From a virus: DNA of 64,000 nt. Position 1 is the first letter of the stretch; each line of letters begins with the position of its first letter. The stretch lies in IMG/VR virus record IMGVR_UViG_3300008262_000025, positions 1 to 64,000 of that record; one strand, 5' to 3'. Made by a program: the position numbers and the translations under genes. Shown piece after piece: positions 24,401 to 33,312 of the stretch. Under the pieces are notes generated by a model. That model was not told where the DNA came from, made no database searches, and saw only the letters and a program-made list of their open reading frames with translations.

Positions 24401-27400
24401 GTATTAGATAATGAATTAAGTATATCAATATATTTACTGAAGTCATCATTATTAGGTTGTTGTTCTTCTAAGTAATCAGTATACTCTTTAGAACTTGATA
24501 ATTCCCATTCTTGTTTTGATAGTTTACTTAACTCATCATGTTCTTCTTTACTAAATCTTTTAAATATATTATTTGCATCACTAATAAATCTTGTACTTTC
24601 ATTATCAGGTAATGAATTTAATTCGAAATCAATGTTAACATTTAATAAATTAACAGTTTCTAAATCTGATTTAAAACCTATATATTCATTTCTAAGTTTT
24701 TCATCTTCTTGTTTTAGAAGTTTAATTTCTTTACCTATTTCATCAGCTTCATTCCTAATAGTTTCTAATTCAGTTCTAAGCTCTTTTACAAGCTTATCAT
24801 TTTCATAAAATACATTTACACCTTTATATTGTTCTCCAATAAGTATAGCTTTAGCTTCTTCTAAATCAAATCTAACATTTGAATTGTCTTTAGCTATATG
24901 CTTAATATACTCTTCAAATAAATGCATATTAAGTATTTCATCATCGGATATTTCAGGAAGATTATTAGGATTATACATAGATCTTAATTCTTTAATAGTA
25001 TATTCTCCATATACATGGAAATTAGTGTTACCTTTATCATCAGTAGTAGTATAAAAATCTTTAAGTAATGTATACTTAGAGTCAATGTCAAAGTCCTCAC
25101 CGGAGAATAACACTGTCTCTAAAGGTAATACTGCAACGTCACCTAATGCAAGAGGAAGAAAATCGACTACTTTAAAAGAAATCATTGAACGTTTATCCTC
25201 AGTAGGAATACGAGTAGCAAACATTTGAAGTATAGAATCTATAGCTTTTTTGTTTGTTTTATGTCTTCTGTAATCCTCTTCAGTAAGCTTATCACTAATA
25301 GCTTTAAACTCTTCTAAAGTTTTATAATCAATTATGTCATTAGACTTTAGATTAAATATTTCTTTAGACCATGCTGGCATCATTACTTCAGAAACACTTG
25401 CTTGTTTAACAGTAGATAATAAAGATCTAAGTTTAGCATAATTAACTGTTACATTAGGATCAGTTTCTTCTAATTCTGTATAAGGACTAAATATATTTGT
25501 TAATATATATTCAACATCAGATTTAAATTCATCAGATAACTTTTCAGTATTTGTACCTTCTCCACCTTCTCTATTTCCAGCAATGTTAATAGTTCCATGT
25601 GGTACTTTAGAAAGTAACTCTCTTAACTCTTCATCAGTATTAAAATCTTTTCCATATAAGAAGAAAGGTTTTCCATGTTTTTCTGCAAATTTTCTAGTAG
25701 ATATTAAACCTGCTGAATCTTTAGCACCTTCTGAAAAATAAATAGTAACATCAGAATTAATTACATTTTGTTCTGTACGAGCATTATAATAACTAGATCC
25801 TTTTTTAGATTTAGGATTTTCAGCATCATATCTATTTTGCAATTCATCTGATATTGCTACTACACCAAGTTCTTCAGCTAATTTTTTATTAGCGCCTTTA
25901 CCTTTTTCATTACCAAAATCAGATGTAGTTGTACCACCTATTTCTAAACCTCCTATTTCTTTAGCTAAAAGAAGACCAAGAGTATCAATACCAGTTTGTA
26001 AACCAGATATTACTTTATTAACACGAACTTTATACTTTTCTTTAATAGGTTTTTTTGTTCTAGAATCTATTAATAAAGATGTTTTAAGTCTAATGTATTC
26101 TCTAAGTAATTCATTATTACGTGATAAAAAAACTAACATGTTATTATCAAATACTTCATCAGTAACTTTTTTATCATTAAGTTCATTTATAATTAAGTTA
26201 AATAAGTCAGAAGATACATCATCTTGAGTTATTAATTTATCACCTATTCTAAATCCTTGTAATTGATCTGATTCACTCCATCTAAGTCTTCTAGTCTTAT
26301 ATTCTTTTTTAAGACTCCATTTACCTGTATCTTTATTTTTCTCATAATACTTTTCAGGATTCTCATCAATAGATAATCTTGTAATTACATTATCATTTTG
26401 ATCAACAATAACTTCATTACCATAATCAGATATTAATGATACTTTTCTACCTGGTACTACTTGTTGTAATACATTCTTAGAGAAATGTGCTAAAAATTGC
26501 TGTTCAAACTTTTCAGCAATAGCAGGAATATTAAAGTTATATTTACTTGATTTTCCATCAACACTAAATTCTCTAAAGAAGTCAAGTAAGACTTCATCTG
26601 ATCCACTATTTAATAGTACTTGTTTAATCTTCTTTTGAAAATTAACCATATCTCTTTGAAACTTACCATCTCCATCAAAGTAACCTAATACAGAAATAGC
26701 ATGTTCAACAGAGTTTCTTACTCTATCTGTTAAAGCTTGACGATACTTTTTAACTACATCACTAATCTCATAAACTTCTCCTCTAATAGCAGCCAGTCTA
26801 CTTTTATCTTGTTCATTATCAATGATCTGTAAAAGTTGTGACATAAATGTAATCTTAGTTTTACCAGAAGGAGTTTCTACTTGTAGTCTCCAAAATTCAT
26901 TTTTACGTTTAGATGTATTATAAGAAAAATCATGATAGCCATTAACATCAGTAGCAACAACAGGAGTAATAAGTTTAGATGCAGATTTAGGTAGTACTTC
27001 ATCAATACTATTTAATTGCATATTTACTCTCATGTTATGTAATACTTTGTGATTATCTCTAGGTTCCCATAATGTTTCATATTCATCCCATAATCTTTTT
27101 ACTTTATCTTTAACATCAGAATTATTTTTTCTAAATCCAACAGAAGCTTCTAATTCTTTAATCTTAGATTTAAGTTCATTAGCTTTAGCTTGATTTTCTT
27201 TTGGTAACCATGATGTTAGTTCTCTTATTAATATAGCATAAGAAAGTTTATGATATATTTCTCCATCAAAATAAACACCCTTAACAGAATTAAATGTAGC
27301 ATTTAAACTATCAAGTTTTTTTAATTCGTCCCAAGTTAGTTTTTCACCAAACCTAATCTTATCAATTATAGGTTTAATGGAATCTCCTAGTTTACCATTT

Positions 27401-30400
27401 CTCTTTAAAATAAAAATAAATCTATCAGTACTCATATGAGCTTGACCATCATCTCTATTTATCTTTTCTTTTTTACCTGTTACAATATCATATTCTTGTT
27501 CCTGTTCATCTCTATAAGCAACAGTAAATTCTCCTTGACCAGCATTAGGACCAAAAGCTAGAGAACCAGCATTACGCTTAACAGCATCTGTTTCGTTTTT
27601 ACGGATACGAGGATCTTTATCAATTAGAAGATTATAAGATAATGAGTTAATAAAATCATTAAAATAAAAATCACCAATAAAGTCTTCTACGTTCTTATAT
27701 TTATTTTCATCAAATGGTACTAAAAGATTATCAATTTTACCATCAGTTGATTTACTAATTATTTTATAACTAGATAATCTATTATGATAATTATTTAAAT
27801 CTTTAGTAAACATTTCACGAATAGCATCCTTTATCTCTTTTTCTATTTGAGTAGGACTATTTCTTTTAATTGTAGCTTCAAGTTTTGATTTTTTATTTAA
27901 TTCATCTGGTGTTAAATCTTTTGTCTTTTCTAATAACATCATGTTTGCTAGTTCTTTACGAGCTTTAACATAAGATTTTAAATTATTAGAATATTTCATA
28001 AGTTCTTTAAAATTCCATAAATCAAAACCTCTACCTACACCTTTAAGTGAGCCATCTTTATTTCTTTTTAAATTACCTTTACCATCAGTTTGTATATGAA
28101 AATCTTCATATAGAATAGGTCCAGTATAACCTTCAGATAGAATATTTTTTATTTCCTGTTTTCTTTTGATATCTTCACCTTGTTGATTTATAACATCAAA
28201 AGCTTCTTCAGTACTTAAATTTTCAGTATTATATTCTTTATTTTCTAATTTAGCTAATTCTAATTGTAAGTTAAGTCTTTCTTCAGAATTATTTTGTCTG
28301 CTCATAAAATCTAATAAAGACTCTATACCTTCATTTAATTCATTCTCAACCCTATCAATTAAACTTATCTCAGATAACAATAAATCAAATATTGTATCAA
28401 CAGCAGAATCAGTCATACCACCATTTTCTAAATCAAAAAACTTATCGTTATTTCTTACATTATTAACAGGTAATTGTATAGCTTCATCAGTTGATTTAGT
28501 TTCAAATATTTTAGGTATAAAATAAGAGGACTCAACTTCTGTAACTAGACCAGCTTCATTTTTAATCTTTTTAACTTTTCTTTCTTTAAATAAAGTTAGT
28601 TGAAGAAGATTAAGAGATTTAAAGTCAATTGTTTTTGATGTAACACCTTTACCTTCTTTAGTAGTAGACCTACTAAAACCTTCAATAATTTTACCTTTTT
28701 CATCTCTAGGTTTAAGAGGCGTTTGTCTTAAATCACCTGTATTCTCAAATTTAAAATCTTTAAAAATAGACTCAGTCATAGCTTGAGTACCAGAAAGTAA
28801 ATAGTTATTTTTAACTGTTCCAGGATATTTAGCTGCTAATTTATCTCTTTTAGCTTTATCTCTAAGTCTTCGTGTAGCAACACTCTGATAAGATTTTAAT
28901 ACGTGAGAGTATCTTTGATTTTGATTAGCATCTTGAAAACTTGATTCAGTAACAGTTTCATCAAATAAAGCATTAGCATTAGCTATCTTTTTAATAAAAC
29001 CTAATACATCTTCTACTTTAGTTTCTGTTTTATTATTTTCATCTAGATATTCTCTATCAGGAAATGGTATGTAAATATTACGATATTCATTAGGATTAAT
29101 TTGAAACTTACTTGAATCTCTACCTTGTTCTCTTAATTTTTGAACTTTAAATTCATAATAATTTTTAAGATCAGTAACTTGTTCGTCACTTTTAAACATT
29201 ATTTTTTTAATCTGATCTAAACTATTTTTAGTTAAACCTTCTGCAATTTTATTTTCATCTTGAGATTTAACTAATAATTCTTTAAAAGAAGTATAAAAGT
29301 TTTGATCTTTTTTTGGTATTAATACTTTAAATAAATCAACATTTTCATTGTAAAAATTATCAAGAATACTAAAAATGATTAAACCTTCAGATAAAGTCAT
29401 TCCTGTAAGTTTTTCAAAACTAGGTATATTTAATTCTGTATCTTTTTTCTGTACTTTAAATCCTTCATTAAACTTTGTAATTACATCTTTAAATATTTTT
29501 TTATATTCAACTGAATTACCATTTGCATTTTTAATTAAAATTAAAGAATCTTCAAAAATTAAATCTTCTAAAGCTTTAAAATATCTGTCATACAACGCTC
29601 TTTGTTTAGGATCATTTAAAATATCACTTAATTTATTATTATCCCAATTTGCATACCAATCTTTTATCTGTACTTGATCTACATCTTCATTAAGAGCATT
29701 AATTACTATACTTTGTCTTGTATCTGAATCAATAAGTGTTTGTAAATAACTTAATTTTTCTTTATCAAAAGTAATTCTAAACAAATTAACTAATTGATGT
29801 TCGTTATCATATTCATCAGAATTATGTTTAGTAATTTCTTTAAGAGCTTGATAAACAGCTCTGGACATGTCATTTCCATATTCAACAAATTTTTCAAACT
29901 CATCCATAACATCAGTAAAGTCTTTTGATGCTAATGATTTTATCAAACCATTATATACTACAGAACCATCTACAGATTTAAATATTTTTCTACCTGTATA
30001 TTCATCTTCTACTTCATAAGTAACAAGACTCATAAATTCTCTTAGCTGATTAGGAATCATATCAAATCCACCAATTTCAACATTAGTGATATCTAACATC
30101 TCTCTATTGTCAGCTTTATTCTCATCAAAGTAATCATCATCAAAAGGATTAAAATTAAATAACTTATATTTATCTTTTAATCCATCTAGTATTACATCAA
30201 TGTTATGTTTATTTTCTTCATTATTAACATTGAATATTTCTTGTATTTTTATTAATTCATTATACTTTTTATCAGCAGCAGCATCACCTTTTTTCTCAGC
30301 TATAATATTTATTATTTCTGAATTCTCTTCACTATCAGGATTATAAAAATTAAACCTTTCTTCCATTACTTTATTAAAAACAGTAACTATATCAGGTTTA

Positions 30401-32181
30401 ACATCAGATTGATCCTTACGTATTTCATGATAAACTAAAGCAGCAATATCACTAATTATTTTGTCAGTCTCTTGCTCTTTTGCGTAAACAATGGAAAGTG
30501 CTCCATTTTTATCTAAACCTTGATTATCCAATATGATTAATTGGAATGCTGGAATTTGTCTCATTTGTCTAACGAATCTATTAGGTGTGATAGTTTTATT
30601 TTTAAACCTTTGATTGTTGATGTCATGAAATAAAGCGTCAACTTTACCTCTAACACCGATTAACTTAAGAAACGCGTTCATAAGTCTATTAAACAAATTA
30701 ACAATTGATAAGTTACTAGTAGATGGTTTATTAGTTTTAGTAAAAGCTTGATATCTATCAGCTAAATACTCTTCATAAACTAACTGTTCTAGTTCTTGTT
30801 TTGATAAAGATTCATAATTACTTACTGAATCTCTTAACTTATCAATCTTATCATTAAGCTGTTTTTCAGAAAGATTCATTTCTTTCCTAGCTTCATTAAT
30901 ATATAGATCTATTTCATTATCATTTAAGAACATTCTAAATACAGCATGAAATGCTTCATGATATTCTGTACCTTGTTCTGCAGCTTTTTCATTTAGGTAA
31001 ATTAGATTATTAAAAAATAAACCAAATGGAACACCAGATACTTTCATGTTATCCATAACAGTTTCAATATCAGTAGATACTTCAACAGCATCTCCTAATA
31101 TAGCTCTAATGTTTTCTTTTGCTTTATCTATTTTAATTCTAGATTCTTCAGGTGCAGCTTGTGGTTGTAAACTAAATGGTAACGCTTCATAATATGGATC
31201 AATTAATTTAATAAGAACATCTATTTCTCCATAAAAATCATTAATATCAAATTTAGTAATAAATTCTTCTAATGCTTCAGAATAAATATTACTATTTAAT
31301 AATTGTAACATACCTAAGTATACATTAGTTTTATTACTACTTAATAATAAATCAGTTACAGGTTTAATTAAATCATTATCAATTAAACCGTTAAGAATAG
31401 GATAAATTTTTTCTTTAAATCCATCTTTAGAAACAGAAAAATCACTTGATCTAATATATTGAAGTAAAGGAAGTAGTTTAGATCTTATTAAATTTTTATC
31501 TAAGTCATTAATAACAAGATTATATTCTTTATTTATTATAAAAGTAGTTGTTTTACCTTCTGTATTACGATAATTTCTTCTATTATAATTAATATTTTCA
31601 GGTAATTTATATAAATTATCAAGATTTTTTATTACTAATTCTTTAAAGTTATTATATAAAGGTAAATTATCATTAATAAAAGATCGTAAATTTTTATCTT
31701 TTGTTACAGATGCAAGTTTATAAAAGAATTCATTAACAAAATAATCATCAATAAATGTATCTGGCGGACCATATAAGTTTAAATAAAGTTGACTTAAATC
31801 TTGTACATCTATTATATCATAACCTAAATTAATAAAATTATATTTTAGATTATCTAAACTTTGTTGATAATCATCAGTAATATTAATCCATAATTTATTT
31901 AAAATTAATAATGATTCTTTATTATTAAGTTCTAAAAATTTATTAATTGTTTCTTCTAACATTGGAAAATCATCTGAATTAACTAAATTTTGTACCATAC
32001 TCTCTGAATTATTAAAGTTTAAGTATAATTTAGCTGCTTCTTCTTTTAATATAATAGGATCATTAATTGTATCTGAAAAATGTTCTACATATTTATCAAA
32101 GACTTTTGATGGCCTACCGAATGGATCTAATACTTCTACTATTTCGTTAGTATTAGGATCTCTTTTTATTTGACATATCAT
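18460..32181 (-). CDS. Virion-packaged single-chain DNA-dependent RNA polymerase (crAss-like, phi14:2 gp66 type) with accessory domains
   Basis: 4573 aa; catalytic GEDFDID at 25081-25095, preceded by RIPT..K.SM; N-terminal zincin HEAFH (30946-30960); SLOG/MoCo-carrier-like insert; ASCH-like C-terminal domain. Confidence 0.9.
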   Translation of the reverse strand: MICQIKRDPNTNEIVEVLDPFGRPSKVFDKYVEHFSDTINDPIILKEEAAKLYLNFNNSESMVQNLVNSDDFPMLEETINKFLELNNKESLLILNKLWINITDDYQQSLDNLKYNFINLGYDIIDVQDLSQLYLNLYGPPDTFIDDYFVNEFFYKLASVTKDKNLRSFINDNLPLYNNFKELVIKNLDNLYKLPENINYNRRNYRNTEGKTTTFIINKEYNLVINDLDKNLIRSKLLPLLQYIRSSDFSVSKDGFKEKIYPILNGLIDNDLIKPVTDLLLSSNKTNVYLGMLQLLNSNIYSEALEEFITKFDINDFYGEIDVLIKLIDPYYEALPFSLQPQAAPEESRIKIDKAKENIRAILGDAVEVSTDIETVMDNMKVSGVPFGLFFNNLIYLNEKAAEQGTEYHEAFHAVFRMFLNDNEIDLYINEARKEMNLSEKQLNDKIDKLRDSVSNYESLSKQELEQLVYEEYLADRYQAFTKTNKPSTSNLSIVNLFNRLMNAFLKLIGVRGKVDALFHDINNQRFKNKTITPNRFVRQMRQIPAFQLIILDNQGLDKNGALSIVYAKEQETDKIISDIAALVYHEIRKDQSDVKPDIVTVFNKVMEERFNFYNPDSEENSEIINIIAEKKGDAAADKKYNELIKIQEIFNVNNEENKHNIDVILDGLKDKYKLFNFNPFDDDYFDENKADNREMLDITNVEIGGFDMIPNQLREFMSLVTYEVEDEYTGRKIFKSVDGSVVYNGLIKSLASKDFTDVMDEFEKFVEYGNDMSRAVYQALKEITKHNSDEYDNEHQLVNLFRITFDKEKLSYLQTLIDSDTRQSIVINALNEDVDQVQIKDWYANWDNNKLSDILNDPKQRALYDRYFKALEDLIFEDSLILIKNANGNSVEYKKIFKDVITKFNEGFKVQKKDTELNIPSFEKLTGMTLSEGLIIFSILDNFYNENVDLFKVLIPKKDQNFYTSFKELLVKSQDENKIAEGLTKNSLDQIKKIMFKSDEQVTDLKNYYEFKVQKLREQGRDSSKFQINPNEYRNIYIPFPDREYLDENNKTETKVEDVLGFIKKIANANALFDETVTESSFQDANQNQRYSHVLKSYQSVATRRLRDKAKRDKLAAKYPGTVKNNYLLSGTQAMTESIFKDFKFENTGDLRQTPLKPRDEKGKIIEGFSRSTTKEGKGVTSKTIDFKSLNLLQLTLFKERKVKKIKNEAGLVTEVESSYFIPKIFETKSTDEAIQLPVNNVRNNDKFFDLENGGMTDSAVDTIFDLLLSEISLIDRVENELNEGIESLLDFMSRQNNSEERLNLQLELAKLENKEYNTENLSTEEAFDVINQQGEDIKRKQEIKNILSEGYTGPILYEDFHIQTDGKGNLKRNKDGSLKGVGRGFDLWNFKELMKYSNNLKSYVKARKELANMMLLEKTKDLTPDELNKKSKLEATIKRNSPTQIEKEIKDAIREMFTKDLNNYHNRLSSYKIISKSTDGKIDNLLVPFDENKYKNVEDFIGDFYFNDFINSLSYNLLIDKDPRIRKNETDAVKRNAGSLAFGPNAGQGEFTVAYRDEQEQEYDIVTGKKEKINRDDGQAHMSTDRFIFILKRNGKLGDSIKPIIDKIRFGEKLTWDELKKLDSLNATFNSVKGVYFDGEIYHKLSYAILIRELTSWLPKENQAKANELKSKIKELEASVGFRKNNSDVKDKVKRLWDEYETLWEPRDNHKVLHNMRVNMQLNSIDEVLPKSASKLITPVVATDVNGYHDFSYNTSKRKNEFWRLQVETPSGKTKITFMSQLLQIIDNEQDKSRLAAIRGEVYEISDVVKKYRQALTDRVRNSVEHAISVLGYFDGDGKFQRDMVNFQKKIKQVLLNSGSDEVLLDFFREFSVDGKSSKYNFNIPAIAEKFEQQFLAHFSKNVLQQVVPGRKVSLISDYGNEVIVDQNDNVITRLSIDENPEKYYEKNKDTGKWSLKKEYKTRRLRWSESDQLQGFRIGDKLITQDDVSSDLFNLIINELNDKKVTDEVFDNNMLVFLSRNNELLREYIRLKTSLLIDSRTKKPIKEKYKVRVNKVISGLQTGIDTLGLLLAKEIGGLEIGGTTTSDFGNEKGKGANKKLAEELGVVAISDELQNRYDAENPKSKKGSSYYNARTEQNVINSDVTIYFSEGAKDSAGLISTRKFAEKHGKPFFLYGKDFNTDEELRELLSKVPHGTINIAGNREGGEGTNTEKLSDEFKSDVEYILTNIFSPYTELEETDPNVTVNYAKLRSLLSTVKQASVSEVMMPAWSKEIFNLKSNDIIDYKTLEEFKAISDKLTEEDYRRHKTNKKAIDSILQMFATRIPTEDKRSMISFKVVDFLPLALGDVAVLPLETVLFSGEDFDIDSKYTLLKDFYTTTDDKGNTNFHVYGEYTIKELRSMYNPNNLPEISDDEILNMHLFEEYIKHIAKDNSNVRFDLEEAKAILIGEQYKGVNVFYENDKLVKELRTELETIRNEADEIGKEIKLLKQEDEKLRNEYIGFKSDLETVNLLNVNIDFELNSLPDNESTRFISDANNIFKRFSKEEHDELSKLSKQEWELSSSKEYTDYLEEQQPNNDDFSKYIDILNSLSNTDKINDTTRQGLESYVDMLNLTEKGEKIAEQALYQLSQIKDKAAKLKEKYPVVKELEKVTSEINLILSEKIKNAINNKGVNVKLTNSKEHYKLKTKIYREAKNTIREFRNSVIEGRGYDSAVNISRNKNQKWNQLQSVRDARNELIEEVKPKNQRIAELFKLLSEQKKLVSTYNLQALLIAMRMNKLPSSLEEFLNHPHYKRLNNSAINNEIVDMVSLLYLNSGMDKVRYESTDLEPFHGDGKENSTNIGLSKTMLLLTGRNIDDFLYNSAEGKMQAKEANKLGAQLIGPVAITNIVKAVLARSKTNMTKSAIIFDGKTYDNLSSYESEDIGFNIVLTDEGEYQINLEVDAEGKPKIFKDKRIMAEISLLLAAMTDNAKHGDAFKLNLSLNTLGTYTYLMSLGIGTNRSMLLANQPALYEFNKLNSSKTSAVMSSDDIRNAENLNEIKTIQKKYEEIRAALENEILNAIKNDKSLDTVNYNNSKMSFTDFVKLQTQSLKNEDLDDISLNSLELFNSIKTFKDSGIDYLNETTTGFIDKAKSIKNLNELKELYSAIVTQSHVIKAFDKLQKQSKTFSSINALLRLNQGLPSSFYELQNLWDMIDTFQIDTEALLKGSSYYTKLSKSSNAIYDIQDVLEENQDMKQMLIHFLKINEISKEFVISQTDFFDGVFNKIVENLRLGIKDRANSLKQIKKDLSSFLTLNAYRNSFVRRGERVPFGPELLYTNLVDPNLPNEMLSKTLSQQLEDLLNDSDPNVSDAIKNNIFIKTIRSEVNKIASDDINLFSNNPYGISINLDLITADTRKKIDPDLRKRIVNGFRELMSSTDGKIRQFADNLFYYTIVKDGMQFKNSSFIKYLPAEIYQDYSDILEKVNTALRNNVWESTDEIEGLQDLVGMSKKEIENSFISLFARDIENRSLLKSVTDAQLSNISTNIKIELDSEIDIFTSSEEEIYAGFDHDNISVDVSHLFDYSKARIALYESEDNEMPLLTTIYKSGLLDQIDNKNLYEIFEKFLDSQEQKSIRKLIGYSNKNEFNNILSKEKNISNTEVAKKVKSELTSVINPIVKNTPFNGVYDKNGLVIGLEFPLFFVMEKQPPRPDFDNMTEEEQIAYEKRKIEYETFVLVSFDGMPSDVKDKVTLDELEEKNKYKYKGRKAVYVKVDNIHTSIYNYLYTPQEYKHLMLRLVEMQKKVIAPLSQLLNKDGVKADIQLDSLTEIGEVFAESKDSFAYNLEMTENPQLPGGSLLKVVEDFKKDGDTTNSFSKSEEKLLSKRMFGNERYKLINDSTLSVNLLSDSDKNHLKNENVLIKPVTNKDVLSKLDLKIGETALITINNVVYKVTSKGVTTPYDIVSQLGLDKKNIKSELSPFISEYNNDMNNWLGYDRTSDEYLPFKGKSTQIYQIQPYYEKEVSKVLENRNRPNYGVKEVITVFSDNLSNLKLHGLQIVDEVNTEGFIPKVAKLYMEKSPNIVVVFDNGSSETQASINIVVNNNVEEVADKVTNAQKGLFVIDTKGNMDEQIQDLKNFFIVNNIPNVYNKVMIIKSKNDNSDYTSYIKSALTNELQSVGLSQNLSVYFTVTKITNDLRKLGYLVKPDDILSKGTIDVLPSLLTKSEDGKKLYTYILQNADKIKAESDMYIRSRTVLSDKTESDLQNIVKKTRITKTLPHNMKHIEPDRNGLSMSPMRDDLVSQNIKTTYDAIISFLRTQTSRKFADISDMSVGEIVKITSKGRAPIYVKITNISDKSVNELLSEDYAKLGLKYDPNNLKIKDLQKSEYARNWSKKQGWDISYMMLNMDSIKDKYDVDFEYIPNIDQYARDTNQTITDNKFGFVINDEFGYNKNKALNANGFIGYTDVKSIKSKVNDYLRSASNQGIATNDNIIADSSSQIFVAVPANNTMSEDVKKKIINKAIEILNANGTLLMNNLVRANNEYNISGEGVILKELYERFNNLTATNVVNYTEYSLSNFEKDLETDGQVNKDCK

Positions 32182-32213
32182 ATATTTTTATTATATCTTT
32201 TTTTATTAAAAAA

Positions 32214-32265
32214 TAATACGCGTATTTCTTTATTATCGCAATGATAATAAATAGTACGCGCATTA
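32214..32265 (-). promoter_or_regulatory. Long imperfect hairpin upstream of the RNAP gene (terminator or regulatory)
   Basis: Outer stem aatacgcgta/tacgcgcatt plus perfect inner stem tttattatc-gcaat-gataataaa; followed by a U tract on the minus strand. Confidence 0.6.
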
Positions 32266-32276
32266 ATCTCTTAATC

Positions 32277-32840
32277 TTACTTAGATACAATTAAATCTTT
32301 TGTCCTATAGACAAGAGCTCTTGCTATAATTATACTATCCTCTGTCCTCGAATCAGACTTAAATTTATTATAATTGTTAAGCACAATTTGAGTATTATCC
32401 ATAGTATAACCTTTATCAGAATCAATTCTATCAATAGATGGAGCATATGGACTTAGTTTATCCAGATGACCATTTTTTGAATATTGTTTTATTTCAAAAG
32501 GTAGTCCAGTAACTGAACAAATACCCTCTCGTAATCTTGATTCTATCCACTCTATGCTTAAATCAAAATCTAAATTCTTAGATTTAGATCTTGAATAAGC
32601 ACTGTTCCACAGAGTTCTTGCTCTATATTTAATTGGATTATTTTTAGCATAGTTCTCAAGATATTTTCGACGCATCTCTTTACGTTCAAGTTCTCTATTT
32701 TTATCATCAATTTTCTTTTGAACAGATTTTGCCTTTCTCTTATAATGACCATGCTCCACTAATAATTCGGATATTTGATTTGCATTTAAATCAAACATGA
32801 ATTTATGGATTAAGTTAAGTTCTTTATTACTATATCTCAT
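32277..32840 (-). CDS. HNH-like (His-Me finger type) endonuclease
   Basis: C..TG.PF...PSIDRIDSDKGY..DN motif typical of phage HNH-like nucleases; start taken at MRYS, just after the dUTPase stop. Confidence 0.65.
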   Translation of the reverse strand: MRYSNKELNLIHKFMFDLNANQISELLVEHGHYKRKAKSVQKKIDDKNRELERKEMRRKYLENYAKNNPIKYRARTLWNSAYSRSKSKNLDFDLSIEWIESRLREGICSVTGLPFEIKQYSKNGHLDKLSPYAPSIDRIDSDKGYTMDNTQIVLNNYNKFKSDSRTEDSIIIARALVYRTKDLIVSK

Positions 32841-32841
32841 A

Positions 32842-33312
32842 TTAGTTTCCAGTAGAACCAAATCCTCCGCTACCTCTTTCTGTTTCCATTAGAGATTCAG
32901 ATTCAATGAATTCTACATTAATTAATTTCTCAAAACTAATTTGTGCTATTTTATCACCTACATCGTATAATTTTTCAGGCATTGTATCTGGATCAATATA
33001 CTCTGAATCCATATAAATGAAGTTAGGAGCAGCAAGTTTAAACCTTACTTTCCATTCTCCACGATAATCTGAATCAATTACACCTACAGAATTGCACATA
33101 GTAAGATCATAATTACTGATGCTACTTCTTGGAAATATTTTACCAACATATCCTTCCGGAATTTCAGTAGAAAACCCAAGACCGTATTCAACGTATCTTT
33201 CATTATGATTTATTGATGTAGCAATTACATCATAACATGCTGCAGATTCAGTAGATTTAGTAGGTAATTTAGCTTTGTCATTTAACAATTTAATTTGTAT
33301 TTGTTGCTTCAT
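32842..33312 (-). CDS. dut: Trimeric dUTPase
   Basis: AACYDV, PRSS, NSVGVIDSDYRGE, DKIAQ and C-terminal RGSGGFGSTG motifs. Confidence 0.97.
   Translation of the reverse strand: MKQQIQIKLLNDKAKLPTKSTESAACYDVIATSINHNERYVEYGLGFSTEIPEGYVGKIFPRSSISNYDLTMCNSVGVIDSDYRGEWKVRFKLAAPNFIYMDSEYIDPDTMPEKLYDVGDKIAQISFEKLINVEFIESESLMETERGSGGFGSTGN

Noticed and set aside
23800-26300. Intein in the RNAP catalytic region
   Set aside because: The inserts show no Cys-start or His-Asn-end splicing motifs and no LAGLIDADG blocks; they look like SLOG and coiled-coil domains.
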